Positions 24,654-38,649 of a DNA stretch of 64,000 nt are shown here, piece by piece. How positions within the stretch are numbered: the stretch's first letter is position 1; every line of letters starts with the position of its first letter. Below the pieces are notes generated by a model. That model did no database searches. It had not been told where the DNA came from and saw nothing but the letters and a program-made list of their open reading frames with translations. The stretch comes from Eledone cirrhosa (taxonomy: Eukaryota): assembly GCA_964016885.1 (NCBI GenBank), contig OZ024740.1:377642001-377706000 (forward strand), in the 5' to 3' direction. The translations under genes and the position numbers were made by a program.

Positions 24654-26698
24654 TAGAAGTCTAATAATGTTCTTGGATTTAGGTTCATTTGTTGAGAATC
24701 AAGGGTGAGGAAGTTGTGTTGACAGCAGCTGAGAAGAGATATATTTATGGGTTGATAAGATATTTGCAGACATTACTATGGTATAGAATTAAGGAGGCTA
24801 GAAGCTGCTTAAAGAATATTATAGTTCTGTGGTGGTCTGTGTAATAGTGTGGATTTCATATGTTGAATGCTAAATTATGTTGGTTCGATTCACGGTGGCT
24901 TAAATCTTGTGAATTTAGTAGGGATCCTGTGTCTGCAGAAAATTGACCTTTCTATCTTGTTGTTGGGTAGCCTTTTTTCGTTCCTAAGGATATACAGTAA
25001 TTCAAGGTCGCAGAGCCTACAATAGGACATACCGGTACTATATGCCCTTGCGGCCGACAACCTCGACCAGTTTATATTGTAGTTGATGTTATTGTCCTTC
25101 AGTTCCCAGATTTTTTTGGCGAGGGTTGTAGAACCTATTAGTGCACGGTTCTTCATCGAATGTCTGTGCACATACCATCTTTTTTTTAAAAGTACTCGCG
25201 GTGGATCCAATTTAATGCCAAGTGGAGTTGCCCGAGTTCACCGTACACATGTACACTAGGCTCGATTCAAGGCATCTGTTCGCCAATGAGCACCTATCTG
25301 GTAGGTCACAATTGCAGTTTGACCTCAAACTGCAGCTTCCACACTGCTGTTTTGTACACTGCTATAAGTGGGTTGTGATTCGTGCCCGTTGAGATTTTGC
25401 TGCTGCGTGCTTGTATGCGTTTGCGGTTGTGATACTGTGATGTGTTTATGTTTAGAATTTGATGCTATGTTGCGCATAGGTGGGGCGGTTTCCCTAGAGG
25501 TATTTCTGTGGTTGATCTTGCGTATGTGGGATTCTATATTTGCAGCCATAGAGTATGAAAGTTTTATAGTTTTTCTATTGAGGATTTTATGATATCTATG
25601 TGATATAGGGAAGTGTTTATCTATTAGTTTAAAGAACGTAGAAGGCAGTCTAGTTTTTACAGAGGAGTTGAAGATTGGATTGAACCACAGGTATTTTCTT
25701 TCTCTAATTCTTCTGCAGTTTCCAGGGTTTACATGATTGATGCTTGGACCACTTACTCTAGGTGCAACGTGCCTAACTCTATGTCTAGTCCTGTTACCTC
25801 TATTTTTGTGTGAGCGGTTGGTGTCAGTATTAGTAGGTTTGTTTGAATTGTCCTTATACGTTAAAAACTGCAGCTTTTCTTTGTATCCGGCCCTACGTAA
25901 TGCCGCGTTATAATAGTTAGCATGTTCATTAAAAATTTCTAGGTTTGAGGATAAACGAGATATTCTAAGGGATAAACTACGTGCTATGGATCTGATTATG
26001 GATCTGGGTGGTTTGAATTATAACTAATGTAGGCCAGATTCTCATTATTTTTGTGGAAGGGTTCTATTAATCCCGTATTTAGATTTAGAGTCACATCTAG
26101 AAGGTTTGCCTTTTTATGATTCAGTTCGTAAGTAATACTTAGGCCTAGTTTTTTTAAGAATGTTCTAATATTTTTTCTTAATCGTTCCATGCTCTGGTTA
26201 TTTAAGTTCCTAGCTATAAGGAGCGTGTCATCTCTATAAATCCCTCCTTGGAGGTTACTGAATTCTTTATGTATGTTGTGTGCTATAAATAACCCCACAA
26301 CATCAGTGATTTGCGCTGAGTCGTTCGATCCCATTATGATATCGAAGCTGTTTATCCTATCTTTTCTTACCCAGTAGCTATTTTCAAATTTTATGATAGT
26401 CCTTCTAGCCGTTATTATTATTTCAATTTCATCAGGGGTAAGATCGGAGTTATTTTGGGCATGTATAAGCGTTTTATCTAGGGTGGCTGGGGATATGGAC
26501 GCGTAGTAATCGTTTATATCGAATTGTATGAAGTTACATGTCTCTCTATTTCTTATTTTATTGAACCATTCTATCGCCTCGTTAGTGTTACTCCATAAAT
26601 TGATTTCTAGTTTTCCCTTTATTTGTGCGATTACCCTATCTAGAATATTCTTGCTAATTTTACCTATATCCGACTTAGATGGGCATATTAATCTGATA

Positions 26699-26760
<62 letters not shown>

Positions 26761-26772
26761 TTAGTATAGAAG

Positions 26773-26823
26773 AGCTTCTACAGGACTAGAACTGTTTCAT
26801 TCGGGAGAAATCATCAGGAAGCT
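26773..26823 (-). ncRNA. Hammerhead with a full stem III
   Basis: Minus strand: agcttc-CTGATGA-tttc tccc gaat-GAAA-CAG ttctagtc CTG-TA-gaagct. Confidence 0.85.
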
Positions 26824-27224
26824 GGCTGTCCAAGTAAGTAGTGGTATTTATATCTTCTCTTTTCTGGTGGTAGGAGAGGATGGGGATTGAGATGGGTGGA
26901 GGTCATTGGTTGAAGGATTTAAAGAAAAGGGAGCTCATTAAAATCTAATTCTTTAAAGCTATAATATTAACAAAGTCAGAAAGAATACTGTAAACAAATT
27001 CAAATTTGGAATACCAATCCTAGTTTATCACTTAGACTAACAATGCCTGTAAGGCAGGTGTCTACAGGATGGGTGGGGTTCAATGGTTTAAAAAAAGGGA
27101 AATTCTTTAGAAGCTAATTCTTTAAGGCTGAAATAAGAGTGACAAAGGCAGAAAGGGTTCCATCAACAGATTCAAGTGTTGGGGTGATTCCCCTTATTGT
27201 GAAGTTTCTCTTAATATATATTTC

Positions 27225-29733
27225 AGGTGTCGACAAGCACATTCATACACGCGCCCACTTACACAGACGTAATACTAATGTTAGGCCAAACATTAACAAA
27301 TCGGAAATGTCTGCACTTAAACGTATACAAAATGATAAAACAATAATAATTAAACAAGCAGATAAGGGGGGTGCAATTGTTATAATGGATAATGAATACT
27401 ACAAAGATTTGGTTGAGGAACAACTGAAAGACACAACATTCCACCATGAAATGCCGTCAAATATAGACCACATCATGAAGAAGATCAACAACCTGGCTTC
27501 AAAATACTACAACTCACTTACTGATAATCAAAGAGACTACATCACCAATTTTGAGCCAAAACCCAGCAACTTTTATGGCTTACCGAAAATTCATAAGTCA
27601 AAAGAAATCCAACTGGCAGTAAAAGAACAAAAAAATGAGTACATTAAATTACTACACCCAAAAGACTTAAAACTTAGACATATTATAGCTGGGCCAACAT
27701 GCCCTACCCACCGTCTAAGCAATTTTGTTGACATTATTTTGAAACCACTATGTATTCACATACCTAGTTTCATCCGGGATGATATCGACTTCCTGTCCCA
27801 TCTTCCCAAAACCACGGAAACGAATTCACTTCTACTTAGTTTTGATGTGGTAAGCCAGCATTACACATGATTTAGGAATAAAGGCGGTTAAATACTGGAT
27901 GAAAAAACATAGAGAAGTGATTCCCACCAGATTCACAGTGCCATTTATATTAGACTCAGTCAGACTTATTCTGGAAAACAACACATTCTTCTTCAATGGA
28001 AAGAATTAGGGGTACGAAGTTTGCTCCCGTTTACGCGAACTCTGTAATGGGATACTTAGAGCAACAACAATATGGCATTGAATTTAGAAAGTACATTGAA
28101 AAGTCTTGGAAGAGATACCTTGACGACTGTTTCATCATCTGGACAGAATCTCTAGATACTCTGGATGAGTTCAATCTCCTCCTGAATAACCTACACCCTT
28201 CTCTCCAATTTACAAAAGAGATGAGTAGTACCAAATTACCATTCCTAGATATATTGGTAATCAAAAACGACACCACCATAACCACGGATATATACTATAA
28301 ACACACAGACACCCATCAATATCTGAATTTTAAGTCGTGCCATCCACCTCATACAAAACGCAACATCCCATACTGCCTAGCCAGAAGAATTTGTACCATT
28401 GTAGAAGATACGAATACCAGGAACAAACGCCTACCAGAACTGAGAGAATTTTTGCTCAATCAAAAATACCCATCTCTACTTATAGAAAATGACATACAGC
28501 GGGCTATAGAAATACCTATACAACAACTTAGGACAGCCCAAGGAAGAAGAAACCAAGAACTGGTCATACCATTTATAATAACACACAACCCATGTCACCA
28601 GAATATCTTCAACACTGCCAAAGCAAACCTACCGATCATTGCTCAAAAAAATGAATTAAAAGGTTTAATCACAGACCGAGCTTTGATTCTTAGTAAAGGA
28701 CAGCCGAAAAATTTGAAGCAATTATTAACAAAGGCAAAGTTTGACCTTAACAACAAAGACCAATCATTCACTGTATCTAAATGCAATGATAGTCGATGTG
28801 GCACATGTCAGTTCATACATACTGGTCAATATATGAACACAAAAACTGGAAAAATATTACCAAATGTAAATATGAACTGCAAAAGCAGAAATCTAATTTA
28901 CTGCATTAAATGCCCGAATTGTGAACAACTATATGTCGGTCAAATTGGAAATGCACTATCGGAACGTGCACGGGTGCACCGACAGCAAATCAGAGACCCA
29001 AATGTCCGTCAGATACCCCTGAGTAACCATCTAGCAACATGTGGTCAGAAAATATTTATGATATTTCAATTCTACAAACTACACAACCCGAGTGAAATCA
29101 AGAGAAAAATTAAAGAAAATAATTTTATTGATAAATTCCAATCCAAGGTAAATGAACAATAATAATGATTAGGGGTATTACTTCTACTATGACTACGCCT
29201 ACGACCATGTCGACTACCACCACTAACTGCAACAACAACAATAATAATAATAACAGTGATGTTGATGTTGATGATTACTGAAGATGCTATTTTCATCATT
29301 TCTAAAAATACCAAAACAATTGATTATTTGGATAGAGTCAAATAGAAGTCGTTAGACATGCTCAACCAACCGTGACGCCTAAACCAATCAGCTTTAGTAA
29401 CCTAGTGAAACCACACACTGATTGGTCGAAATACAGTTTGCAAAACTTAGCATTCTGTAGCCCCTTTTTACTGTATATAAGGCACAGATTTTAGCCATCT
29501 CATTACAGTTGAAAATTGCAAACTTGACTGTCACCACTGAATATGAACCTGAAGATTGCGAAAGCATGAAAGTACTTGTTCAATTAACATTTGACATTTA
29601 ATATTCTACCATACTATTTCATTATAATATCATTATAAGTTTAAAGGATTGTAAATAAAACGAGTAAATCAGACAAAGTTGGAATTCCTTTTATTAATAT
29701 AATCTTCTATACACAATCATACACACCTGTGTA

Positions 29734-29735
<2 letters not shown>
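27225..29735 (+). mobile_element. Penelope-like element (Neptune-like): RT, Cys-rich linker and GIY-YIG, frameshifted
   Basis: IKQADKGGAIVIMD, FYGLPKIHK, SFDV, GTKFAPVYAN, RYLDDCF, FLD, CNDSRCGTC, NLIYCIKC..LYVGQ (ORFs 27139-27870 and 27996-29162); hammerhead downstream. Confidence 0.92.
29544..29582 (+). ncRNA. Minimal 39-nt hammerhead in the PLE terminal repeat
   Basis: tgaac-CTGAAGA-t tgc gaaa gca t-GAAA-GTAC-TT-gttca; palindrome AGTACT. Confidence 0.8.
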
Positions 29736-29770
<35 letters not shown>

Positions 29771-29774
<4 letters not shown>

Positions 29775-30530
29775 CAATTCAACCGGAGTTTCAATATTAT
29801 GAAGAAGAGAGGCGGTTATATGTGTACATCTTCCATTTAATACGTACTTCTGTTATACATATATATCTTCTGACGTGTTCTAATCAGACACGTTGAAACT
29901 TGTGATATTTTTGTTTTTGATATACTACTGAGTTGGGGCTGTGTTTACATTGCCGTCCAGTAGTCATATGTTTAGGTGCTGTTCTAGTAGGTATATATGG
30001 AGTGGGAAATTGTATTGTTGCTGGCATTCTAGGGATTGTAAGTAGGTTAAAATATCGAGTTACCAGAGGAATCAGTCGCCCCGGTTCATATATTTTTTAT
30101 AGAATTGGTTCGAATAATCTACTTATTTATTTGTTTCAATTGAATGGTACATATTTATATTTCCAGGCTATGTATTAATTATTAGAGAATGGGTTCTTGT
30201 GTAACTATGCATTGATGCATTGGATGTATAGTTTTAGTAAACGTTTTCTGGTTTAGTTGAAGGTTAATGTTTACGGAATTTGCTAACTATATAGTCTCAG
30301 GAAAGTTTTCGAAATTTTATGCATACATGTGTTAAATAAGTCAGAACGTTTGTTAATTACTTGGTATCTTCTATTGATAATGTGTAGAGGTTCGCTTAAA
30401 TATGGAAATGTATTTGCGAGCGTACGCCAAGAAAACGAGTACTGTACCCAGTTCTGTTTTAGTCTCCATATGAGTTCGGATAGTTCCGTACTTCTTTTGT
30501 CTATTCGATTAAATGAGTGTCAGTGATTGT
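29771..30530 (-). mobile_element. Degraded 3' fragment of a Nematis-like PLE
   Basis: Minus strand encodes STELSELIWRLKQNWVQYSFSWRTL..INKRSDLFNTCMHK, similar to the C-terminus of the 24890 ORF. Confidence 0.65.
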
Positions 30531-30592
30531 ACCATCTACCCTTAAAGCTAGTGGATGTTGCACCTATGTAGTAATAATTACGAAATCCACAG

Positions 30593-30672
30593 CCCCACTG
30601 ACCGCCGGGGCAAGTGCCCTCTCCCAGGTGTCCTCCCTCAATCTACAGGCACACGCTCAGAGCAGGTCCAAA
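30593..30672 (-). mobile_element. Short fragment of the Tx1-like ORF2 end / 3'UTR
   Basis: Reverse complement resembles 48615-48690 (ctgggagagggcacttgccc..ggtcag). Confidence 0.6.
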
Positions 30673-30940
30673 TTATACAGATACATACGTATAGTAATAT
30701 ATCTATATGAGCTTACTCATACATCTAAATGTGTATCTATACATATATACATGCACATGCACAAAGAATTAGCTGTATGCACATACACATACAGGCACAC
30801 ACATATAAATATATATATATGTCTATGTACATACATCTACTCGTACAGACGCATACACACATATGCATAAACACACAGACATTTATATATACATACATAC
30901 ACATACACACACACACATATAAATGTTTAATTTAGAAATG

Positions 30941-30990
30941 GCTTCTACAGGACTAGAACTGTTTTATTCGAAGGAAATCATCAGGAAAGC
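30941..30990 (-). pseudogene. Inactivated hammerhead of the 26773 family (GAAA to AAAA)
   Basis: gcttctacaggactagaactgttttattc...tcatcaggaaagc. Confidence 0.6.
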
Positions 30991-31126
30991 CGACTGTCAA
31001 CATATAGTGGTATTTATACATTTTTGGTGGTAGGGGAAGGTGGTGATTGGGATGGATTTAAAGAATGAGGATTCTTTGAAAAAACTATATTTAGAGAAAA
31101 TACATAGTGATACAATTGCAAGAACT

Positions 31127-31247
<121 letters not shown>

Positions 31248-31296
31248 ATAAGGAAAAGCGAAGTAGTTTCAGATGTTCAAGTCCTTTAATAATAAT

Positions 31297-31370
31297 GCTG
31301 TGATATATATTTCAATGGCGACACTGGCCACACTGTTCTGTGTGCGAGTGTCGTGACATCATCAGACAGC
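31297..31370 (-). ncRNA. Hammerhead (left arm)
   Basis: Reverse complement of 32435-32508. Confidence 0.8.
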
Positions 31371-32434
31371 TTGTTACATAGTAAGGTTATGTTTCCGAGG
31401 CAATCCAAATTGAATCGACATGGGAACTGATGAAATGCGTGCTTTTGGGTTTATCACCCGTTCCTCTGTGAGTACCAATTCATCCCCACCGGTCCGCGCG
31501 TGCGCATGTCCGAAGGAAGTTGACCATTAGCTACCGCAGATTTCAACGAAATTCACTTAGTCAGTTCACTCTCTCAGGGACACAATGGCCCGTACCATAG
31601 TTTACTGCTACCCATCTCGACTGTGGTAGTCAGTCGAAAGCCAGAGGGGGTGGAAGAGTGTTAGTTTTTACAGGTCATAATACTACCTCTCACCCAGCGT
31701 GGACAGTACGACTGACCATCAACTCAAATGGAAAATAAACTTAATTCTAGGTATCATGATTTTACATTGTAAGTTAAGAGTGAGAGTTGGAAATAAAAAT
31801 TAAAGTCCTAAACCAAGTATCAGAAATTATAAATTAAACAATTAAAAAATTAACAATTAGTAATTAAAAGTTAGGAATTTTTTTCAAGTGAGAATTCGGA
31901 TTGAGGTGAGTAAAAAAATATAGATTGAAGTGAGTAAATAATTTGGAGAGAGATGTTTAAGTAAGAAGTTCTGAGAGGGGTTTTAGTGTCACAGTTACTC
32001 TATCCACATATTGAACGACAGTGCCGTACATTAGAACGGAGGGTAAGCTACAGCATTCAAGGCATTAGTCAATCTGGCACAGTCATAATTTCCATCACAT
32101 GGAACAATACCAAAGAAAAACAGACATAGAAGAAAAAATGCAAAAACACAGAGTACATATATGCAAAATGATCCATATGATTGTCAATCTGTCCATGTAT
32201 AGATTGAATTGAGGGGGCTTCTGTTCAAATGCGATTTGGTGCAGGGAAATAGGGGTTTATCTTATTTTTTGTTTCCGTGTATTTATCCTGCCAAAAGTTA
32301 CTATTATGTCCGTCCAGTTTCAGGGGTTTCCATCCCCATGGTAGAGGCAGCTCATGGTTGGTTCCTCTCTTCTCCACCATATCGGTTACATCGTAAAGCG
32401 CTCAACTAATTGGAGCTAAATTATTATGTAACAA

Positions 32435-32508
32435 GCTGTCTGATGATGTCACGACACTCGCACACAGAACAGTGTGGCCAGTGTCGCCATTGAAATATAT
32501 ATCACAGC
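32435..32508 (+). ncRNA. Hammerhead (right arm)
   Basis: gctgt-CTGATGA-tgtcacgacact..cacac..gtgtg..agtgtcgccatt-GAAA-TATATA-TC-acagc; AUC site. Confidence 0.8.
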
Positions 32509-32670
32509 ATTATTATTAAAGGACTTGAACATCTGAAACTACTTCGCTTTTCCTTATTCGATATTTACTCCGTCACTCCTATATGGAAAAAGTACGTTGC
32601 GTGCTTGAATTAAATTGCATCAATATTTACCCTAATATATATATATTTATATATATTTATATATATATAT

Positions 32671-32721
<51 letters not shown>

Positions 32722-32929
32722 TTAAGTATCGAGAGAGAGAAAAAATGGAAAGATGGGCGATACATATATTTAGTTGCCAATAGTTTATGCATATGTGCTC
32801 AATACTCGTGCCTACAGGGTTAAATATTAGAGGCGTCAATATTTAGTGGGCGAGAAAAAATAAGCAGAGCGATTATAGAAGAAATGAATACAAGGAGTTT
32901 AAAACCGTTAGAACATGTTTATATAACAG

Positions 32930-32972
32930 TGCGCCTACGTACGTTTCGCCCGGAATGGACTTATCAAGGGCA
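32930..32972 (-). ncRNA. Hammerhead with UUGAUAA (U3-A8) variant core
   Basis: Minus strand: tgccc-TTGATAA-gtcc attcc gggc-GAAA-CGTACG-TA-ggcgca; palindrome ACGTACGT. Confidence 0.7.
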
Positions 32973-34155
32973 TGGAAAGCAAAACAATGATCAATATAGG
33001 ACCCAGGAGGGATTTCACGGTTAAATTAACATCATAGTTCATTCTTCTCCTCTGTGCATGTGTTGTTATTATCGCAGAGCAGGGGGAGTAACTCTGGCCG
33101 GTGTTCAAACAATCCATTCCCATTTAGATTTGTATACCTGTTCATATGCTGGTGTTTAGCATCTTTATATTATGTGTGTTGTTTCACTAGTGCCAGTACA
33201 GGTCGGGTCTGGGGGGTACATTTATTATTTAGTGGATGTTGCTTCACTAATGCTTGTTCGAGCATGGTCTGCGATGTACATTTGGTTCACAGATGTTTGT
33301 TCATACCGCCTGCCCACCGCCTGTTATGGTTAGGGCAGGGGGACCAAGTTCGTAGTTTTCATGTCGCAGTCGCTTCCCAGGCAAAATACGACGCCTGCAC
33401 CCGGTGTTTACAATTTATGACTGATTCTGCTCGGCTGTTTATGAGCTCGTGGGGTGTTCTTATGATGTAGTACAGCTCCATGAGGCAGAGCTGGCATTTC
33501 CTCCTGAAGTTGTAGGGTGCAGCCCTACCGACAATATCCCAATGTGTGGGAGAAGCTTATGTTGGCGTCTTTAATGTGGTGACGTAGTTGGCAAGCGATG
33601 TGGAGTGCCTTAGTTTTTTGTTCCTGAAAGAGTGGAGATGCGTTCTAAATCTCGTTTTAAACTGGCCAGAGGTGGCCCCTATATATTGTTTACGGTGCAC
33701 CTATAAATAACCTTATCAGTCAGACAGTTTCCCCTGAGACGGCAGCCTCCCCTGTCACGACAGTTGCATTTTCCGTCACGGTCGCTCCTAGTTCCTGAAG
33801 TAAAGCTATTACTATTGCTACCTATGTTGTTATCTATATCTCTAACTCGGTCATTGGTACTGTTATCTCTCGAGGCGTGCGGTGTTGTACCATTATCACT
33901 CCGCACGCCGCAGCCCGTCCTGTTGCCGGTGGGTGACGCGTGTGGGTCACCGGTATACTCTCCAATCACGCTCTGGTTATGTGGGTTTCGTCTGCCGGGG
34001 CTGCCACCAACCCTATTTGGTGCTGTTAGGGGGATGTTAAGGTTATTAGTGTTGTTATCAGGTCTAGATGTATCTGTGCTAAGGTGTAGTGTTTTGTTGA
34101 TCTTACTTTTATTGATCCCTCCTGGGTCCAATATTGATCATTGTTTTGTTTTCCA

Positions 34156-34198
34156 TGCCCTTGATAATCCCATTCCAGGCGAAACGTACGTAGGCGCA
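34156..34198 (+). ncRNA. Second copy of the U3-A8 hammerhead
   Basis: tgccc-TTGATAA-tcccattccaggc-GAAA-CGTACG-TA-ggcgca; stem II partly decayed. Confidence 0.6.
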
Positions 34199-34227
34199 CT
34201 GTTATATAAACTCCTTGTATTCATTTC

Positions 34228-34312
<85 letters not shown>

Positions 34313-34769
34313 AATATAGATCTATGCATATACACATACGTATACATGCACATGCATGCCCATTTATATTATTTAGGCAGGTACATATATACATACAACC
34401 AACATTAAATGGGACATATTCCCATGAATACGCGAGTACGCGCATGCAGGCAAATATAAATGCTCACACTCGCACAAGATACGAATTAGGGTAAAATTGA
34501 TATTAATTGTTATTAATTGTCTCGAAGAACTTCTCCCCCCCCCCCATTCTCCAAATACTAAAGCAGCAGCTATCGACCCAGTTACATGCTCATGTCAGTT
34601 AATTTTGACCACACTGAACGACTATCTTATTTATGACCCCACAAACCATCGCATACAACTAGTCTGGGTCTAATGGTGCATACACACATTTCCATCAATT
34701 TATAACCCTTAAAGTGAATTCTCTATCTACTATATATATATGCTTTGCGGAATATTGTTACGACCATTT

Positions 34770-35087
34770 ACAGTTTGAGTTCAAATCACGCCGAAGTTAA
34801 CTTTGCCTTTCGTCCTTTCGGTGTCGATGAAATAAAGCACCAGTAATGCACTGGGGTAATCGTGGGCCTTTTGCCAAAAGTAGAAACAATTATTGGGTTT
34901 GCCAGTATCGGTAGAGCATCAGAAACCATGGTTGACAGCATAGAGTTATGGCCCTTTGCGTTGTGAGTTCAAATCTGCCGAGGTTAACTTTCATCCCAAT
35001 GGGGTCGATAAAATAAAGCACCAGTAATGCACTGGGATAATTGCGGGAACAATTGTGCAAAATGTAGAAACAATTATTATGATTATT
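34770..35087 (+). mobile_element. Two tandem SINE S1 copies; the second tail is the (ATT)n that starts the LINE array
   Basis: 34770-34894 and 34898-35087, both ending gtagaaacaattatt. Confidence 0.8.
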
Positions 35088-38000
35088 CTTTGAGTCTCAG
35101 TCGTTGATGTTATTTAACTGGAAAGTTTGTTGAAATGAATATCAAGCCGCTACCTGCAGCCTCAGATATTCAGGACGTATCGGAGGGTTCTTGCTGTTCC
35201 CAGCAAGCATGCCTTTTGAAGTGTTCCAAAAAACGGGACTGGACTAATTTTCTTGAACCATCCTTGGAAACTCTTTTAGATAGTACCTAGTGCGCCTATG
35301 ACAATCGGGACGATCCTGACTTCATAGCAGTTCCAAATCCTTTTTACCTCCCACTTTAAGTCCTGGTATCGGTTAATTTTCTCCCTCTCCTTTTCTTGCA
35401 CTCTCGTGTCAAATGGGCAGGATACATCTACAATCAGGCATGATCTTTTTTCCTTGTCCAAAACCACCAGGTCAGGTCTATTGTGTTCCAGTTTCTTGTC
35501 CGTCTGTATCCTAAAATCCCACAGCACCTCCACCTGATCGTTTTCTATCACCGACTCTGGCTTATGCTCATACCACTTCTCAGAATGTGGTAAATTGTTT
35601 ACTTTGCATAGGTGCCAGTGGATTACCCTGCCCATCACATCATGTCTCCAGCCTTTATAGTGAGTCTGGGCTAGGTGTTTACACTCAGATACAATATGAG
35701 CCACAGTCTCCTCTCTCTCTCCACAGATCCTACACAGTGGGCTAGCCTCCTCCTTGTAAATATGGTGTTTCACCCACTTCATTCTGAGGGACTGCTCTTG
35801 CGCAGCCATTAGCATTCCTTCTGTAGCCTTTTTAAGGTCTCCTCTTTTTAACCAGTTCCATGTCTGTGGATCTCTAAATTCAGTTTTCCCAAAGAAGGTA
35901 CTATGAAGAGATTTTTCATGAAGGTTGCTCTTCCTCCTTGGACATCTCCTGGTCTATTGTCCTCTCCTTCAGTACAATTCTGAGCATTGGCTCCCTACTG
36001 TATTTGTGCAGGTTGTTTTTCTCCATCTGAACACAGTCCTCTATGCTGATAAGACCTCCTCCACCTTCAGATCTCTTTAAGTAGAGTATATCGACATCAC
36101 TCCTCTTGTGGACCATGTTGTAGATAGTCAATAGCTTCCTAGTCTTCCTATCCATTTCTTTTTGTTCAGCAACATTCCATCTCAGAATTCCCGCACTGTA
36201 CCTAATAATAGACACAGCTCGGGAATTCACTGCACTTATGACATTCCTACTATTTAGATGTGGATTTAATACGCTCCTTACTCTCCTAATGTACACAGAT
36301 CTTATCAATTCCTTCATTTTTTTGTTCCTGGTGTCATCTTCCTCCAGAACACCTAAATATTTGTATCCTTCTTCAGTGTCAATTTCCTTTATCATCTCAC
36401 CTGTTGGTACCTGGATTCCGTTGCTTCTGCTCAATTTACCCATCTTCATCACTAGGACTCCACACTTATTAATATCAAATTGCATACATATATCATTGCT
36501 GAAAATACGTACAGTGTCAACAAGTACATCCAACTCCTTCTCACTCTTCCCAAAGAGTTTAAGATCGTCCATGAAGAGGAGGTGATTGATGGTAAGCTCT
36601 CCTTTTCCCAAATTGTATCCTGCTCTCACTTTTCGCAGTATAATGGTCAGGGTTGTCAGGGCAAGGACAAACAAGAGAGGGGACAAACTATCTCCCTGGA
36701 AGATACCTCTCTTGATCTTCACGCTTCCCAAGGATTCTCCACCCGATGTTAACTCTGTTTCCCAGGACTTCATACTTTTGCTCAACAACTGTCTGATATT
36801 ATCTGCCACCTTGAAGATCTCTAGGCTTTTGGTTATCCAAGAATGAGGTACCATGTCGAATGCCTTTTTGTAACCTATCCATCCCATGGCAAGACCAGTG
36901 TGTCTCCTCTTGCAATTCCTCATTACCATCTTCCACGGGACTTCTTTCGGCATCCTTTCTGTCCGTCCGGTAACAAGTTGTTTATGTGGAGGTGATGGTA
37001 GATTTCCTCAGACAAAATGCTTGTTAACAGTTTCCACATTACGGACAGACATGTGATAGGTCTATAGTTGGTAAAATCATTATCTTGATTCGGTCTTTCA
37101 TTACCAGAACTGTGGTACCTTTTGTCAACCACTCTGGTACCTCACCCGACATCAAGCAGTCATTGAACATGGATGTCAGTTTCGGGTGGAGGGATGTTAT
37201 ATTTTTTATCCATCACCCCTGCACACTATCTGGACCTGGTGATTTCCAGTTGGTTAGTTTTTTGGCCTGCCCTTTAAGAGTTTCAACTGTGATACTCAAA
37301 TCAGTTTGTTGGTGTGCCTGTTCACTAATCTCCTTTTGTACTGTCTCAATCCACACTGCCTGGTCATTATATTCAATATCCTGCTTCCATATTCCTCTCC
37401 AGAATGTCTTAGTCTGTTCCGCCTCAGGGATCAAGTCGTTGCCTCTTTCTTTTCCTTCAAGCTGTCCAAACAACATCTTCTGGTTGTTGTCAAACGTGCG
37501 GTTCTGTCTATACTGACTGACTCTGCTCTCATACCGCCTAATATTTGCACTCTTTGCTACAATGTGTTGCTTCAGTTCCTCTATGATGATATTTAGCTTT
37601 TTCCTCCTAGTTTTGTACTTTATTTCCAGTTTACTTTTAGTGTCTATGTTTTGTAGTGTCCCATTCAGTAGGGACTCAAGCTTTCCAATGTCATTTCTCA
37701 TTTCCTTCATTTGACCATTCAGTCGTTTCTTCCACCAAGGTTCTGATCGTTCTTGTTTGTTGTTTCCTCTCGTTTTTATGCCAAGTAATTTCCTCACCGC
37801 ATTTGAGGATATTGTTGCATTGGTGAAGATTCCTCGCCTCAAGGTATGGAATGATTTTGTTTACCTTAGCTGTTGTTTCTTTTAACTTTTTCCTCTCTAC
37901 AAATCTTAGGTTCATAGGTTTCCCACTATCATTGTTCATTTCATCTACCACTAAGTTTAGGATATCAACCAAACCTTGTCCTAGCCGTCAGCATTCATTT

Positions 38001-38623
38001 CCTCAATGGCCGTATCTTTGTTCCAGATGTTATTTATTTCAGCATTCAGATCATTGTCTGCTTCGGATGTTTCCTCCATTCTCTCAACCTCTTCACCTTC
38101 ATTTCCCACTGGCTCGTTTGTCTGGCATACTCCACTCTCCATTTCTAACCTAATCTCTCTGCTCAGTTCCTCCAGTTCCAGCTCGCTTATCCACCCATTA
38201 GTTCTTATTACCCGAGCCTGCCCGGCCAATTTTTGTTCATCTAATTTAAATAGACCAATCTCGTTCCAGATGTTATGCATCCGTTTCCTATAGCCTTTTT
38301 CCTTGGGTTACTCTTCAGGTAACATTGCATAACAGTTCTATTCAATTCTTTCGTCCAGTTGGTTCTGGTCCCTTTCCTTCTACTTCTTCCTCCGACACCA
38401 GCAGTATTTGGTTGACAGCCAGGTCCCTGCTGCTGAGCCAGGGAGCACCTGCTGGGTGAGAGTCTGTCACATGACATTCCAGTCTCCACTTCACCGTTAT
38501 TCGAACTCTTTAGGTTCGACATTTAAACACTCTTATCGAGGATTGGTGAATGTATGGTTACATAACCACCGGTGATTTTAGTGTGGCATTATCACGCTGT
38601 AGACGAACATAAATAAACAAACA
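35088..38623 (-). mobile_element. Near full-length R4/Dong-clade LINE (RT, CCHC, restriction-like endonuclease); ORF 38522-35162 broken by frameshifts
   Basis: RTNWTKELNRTVMQCY, EQKLAGQARVIRTNGW, NYRPITCL, GIFQGDSLSPLLF, HLLFMDDLKL, CRICGEREETVAHIVSEC, RHD, RPDLVV..IVDVSCP; (TAA)n on its own strand at both ends. Confidence 0.92.
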
Positions 38624-38649
38624 AATTATTATTATTATTATTATTATTA

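Larger units (their letters stand above)
23510..26700 (-). mobile_element. 5'-truncated Penelope-like element (YRDD-type RT, Nematis-like) with GIY-YIG endonuclease, interrupted by two SINEs
   Basis: MGSNDSAQITDVVGLF..GIYRDD..LDVTLNL (25996-26334); CNC..C..C and STTLAKKIWELKD..CRLC (24890-25330); hammerhead in the 3' part; (TA)n flanks; frameshifted. Confidence 0.88.
32785..34230 (-). mobile_element. 3' fragment of a Nematis-like PLE with an inverted terminal repeat
   Basis: CNCRDRGGCRLRGNCLTDKVIYRC (ORF 33679-34131), STSLANYV, CQLCLMELYYI; inverted arms ~32880-33012 / 34115-34230. Confidence 0.82.

Noticed and set aside
29860-29910. Hammerhead-like atat-CTTCTGA..GAAA-CTTG-TG
   Set aside because: Two core changes and G at the cleavage position; at best a dead relic.
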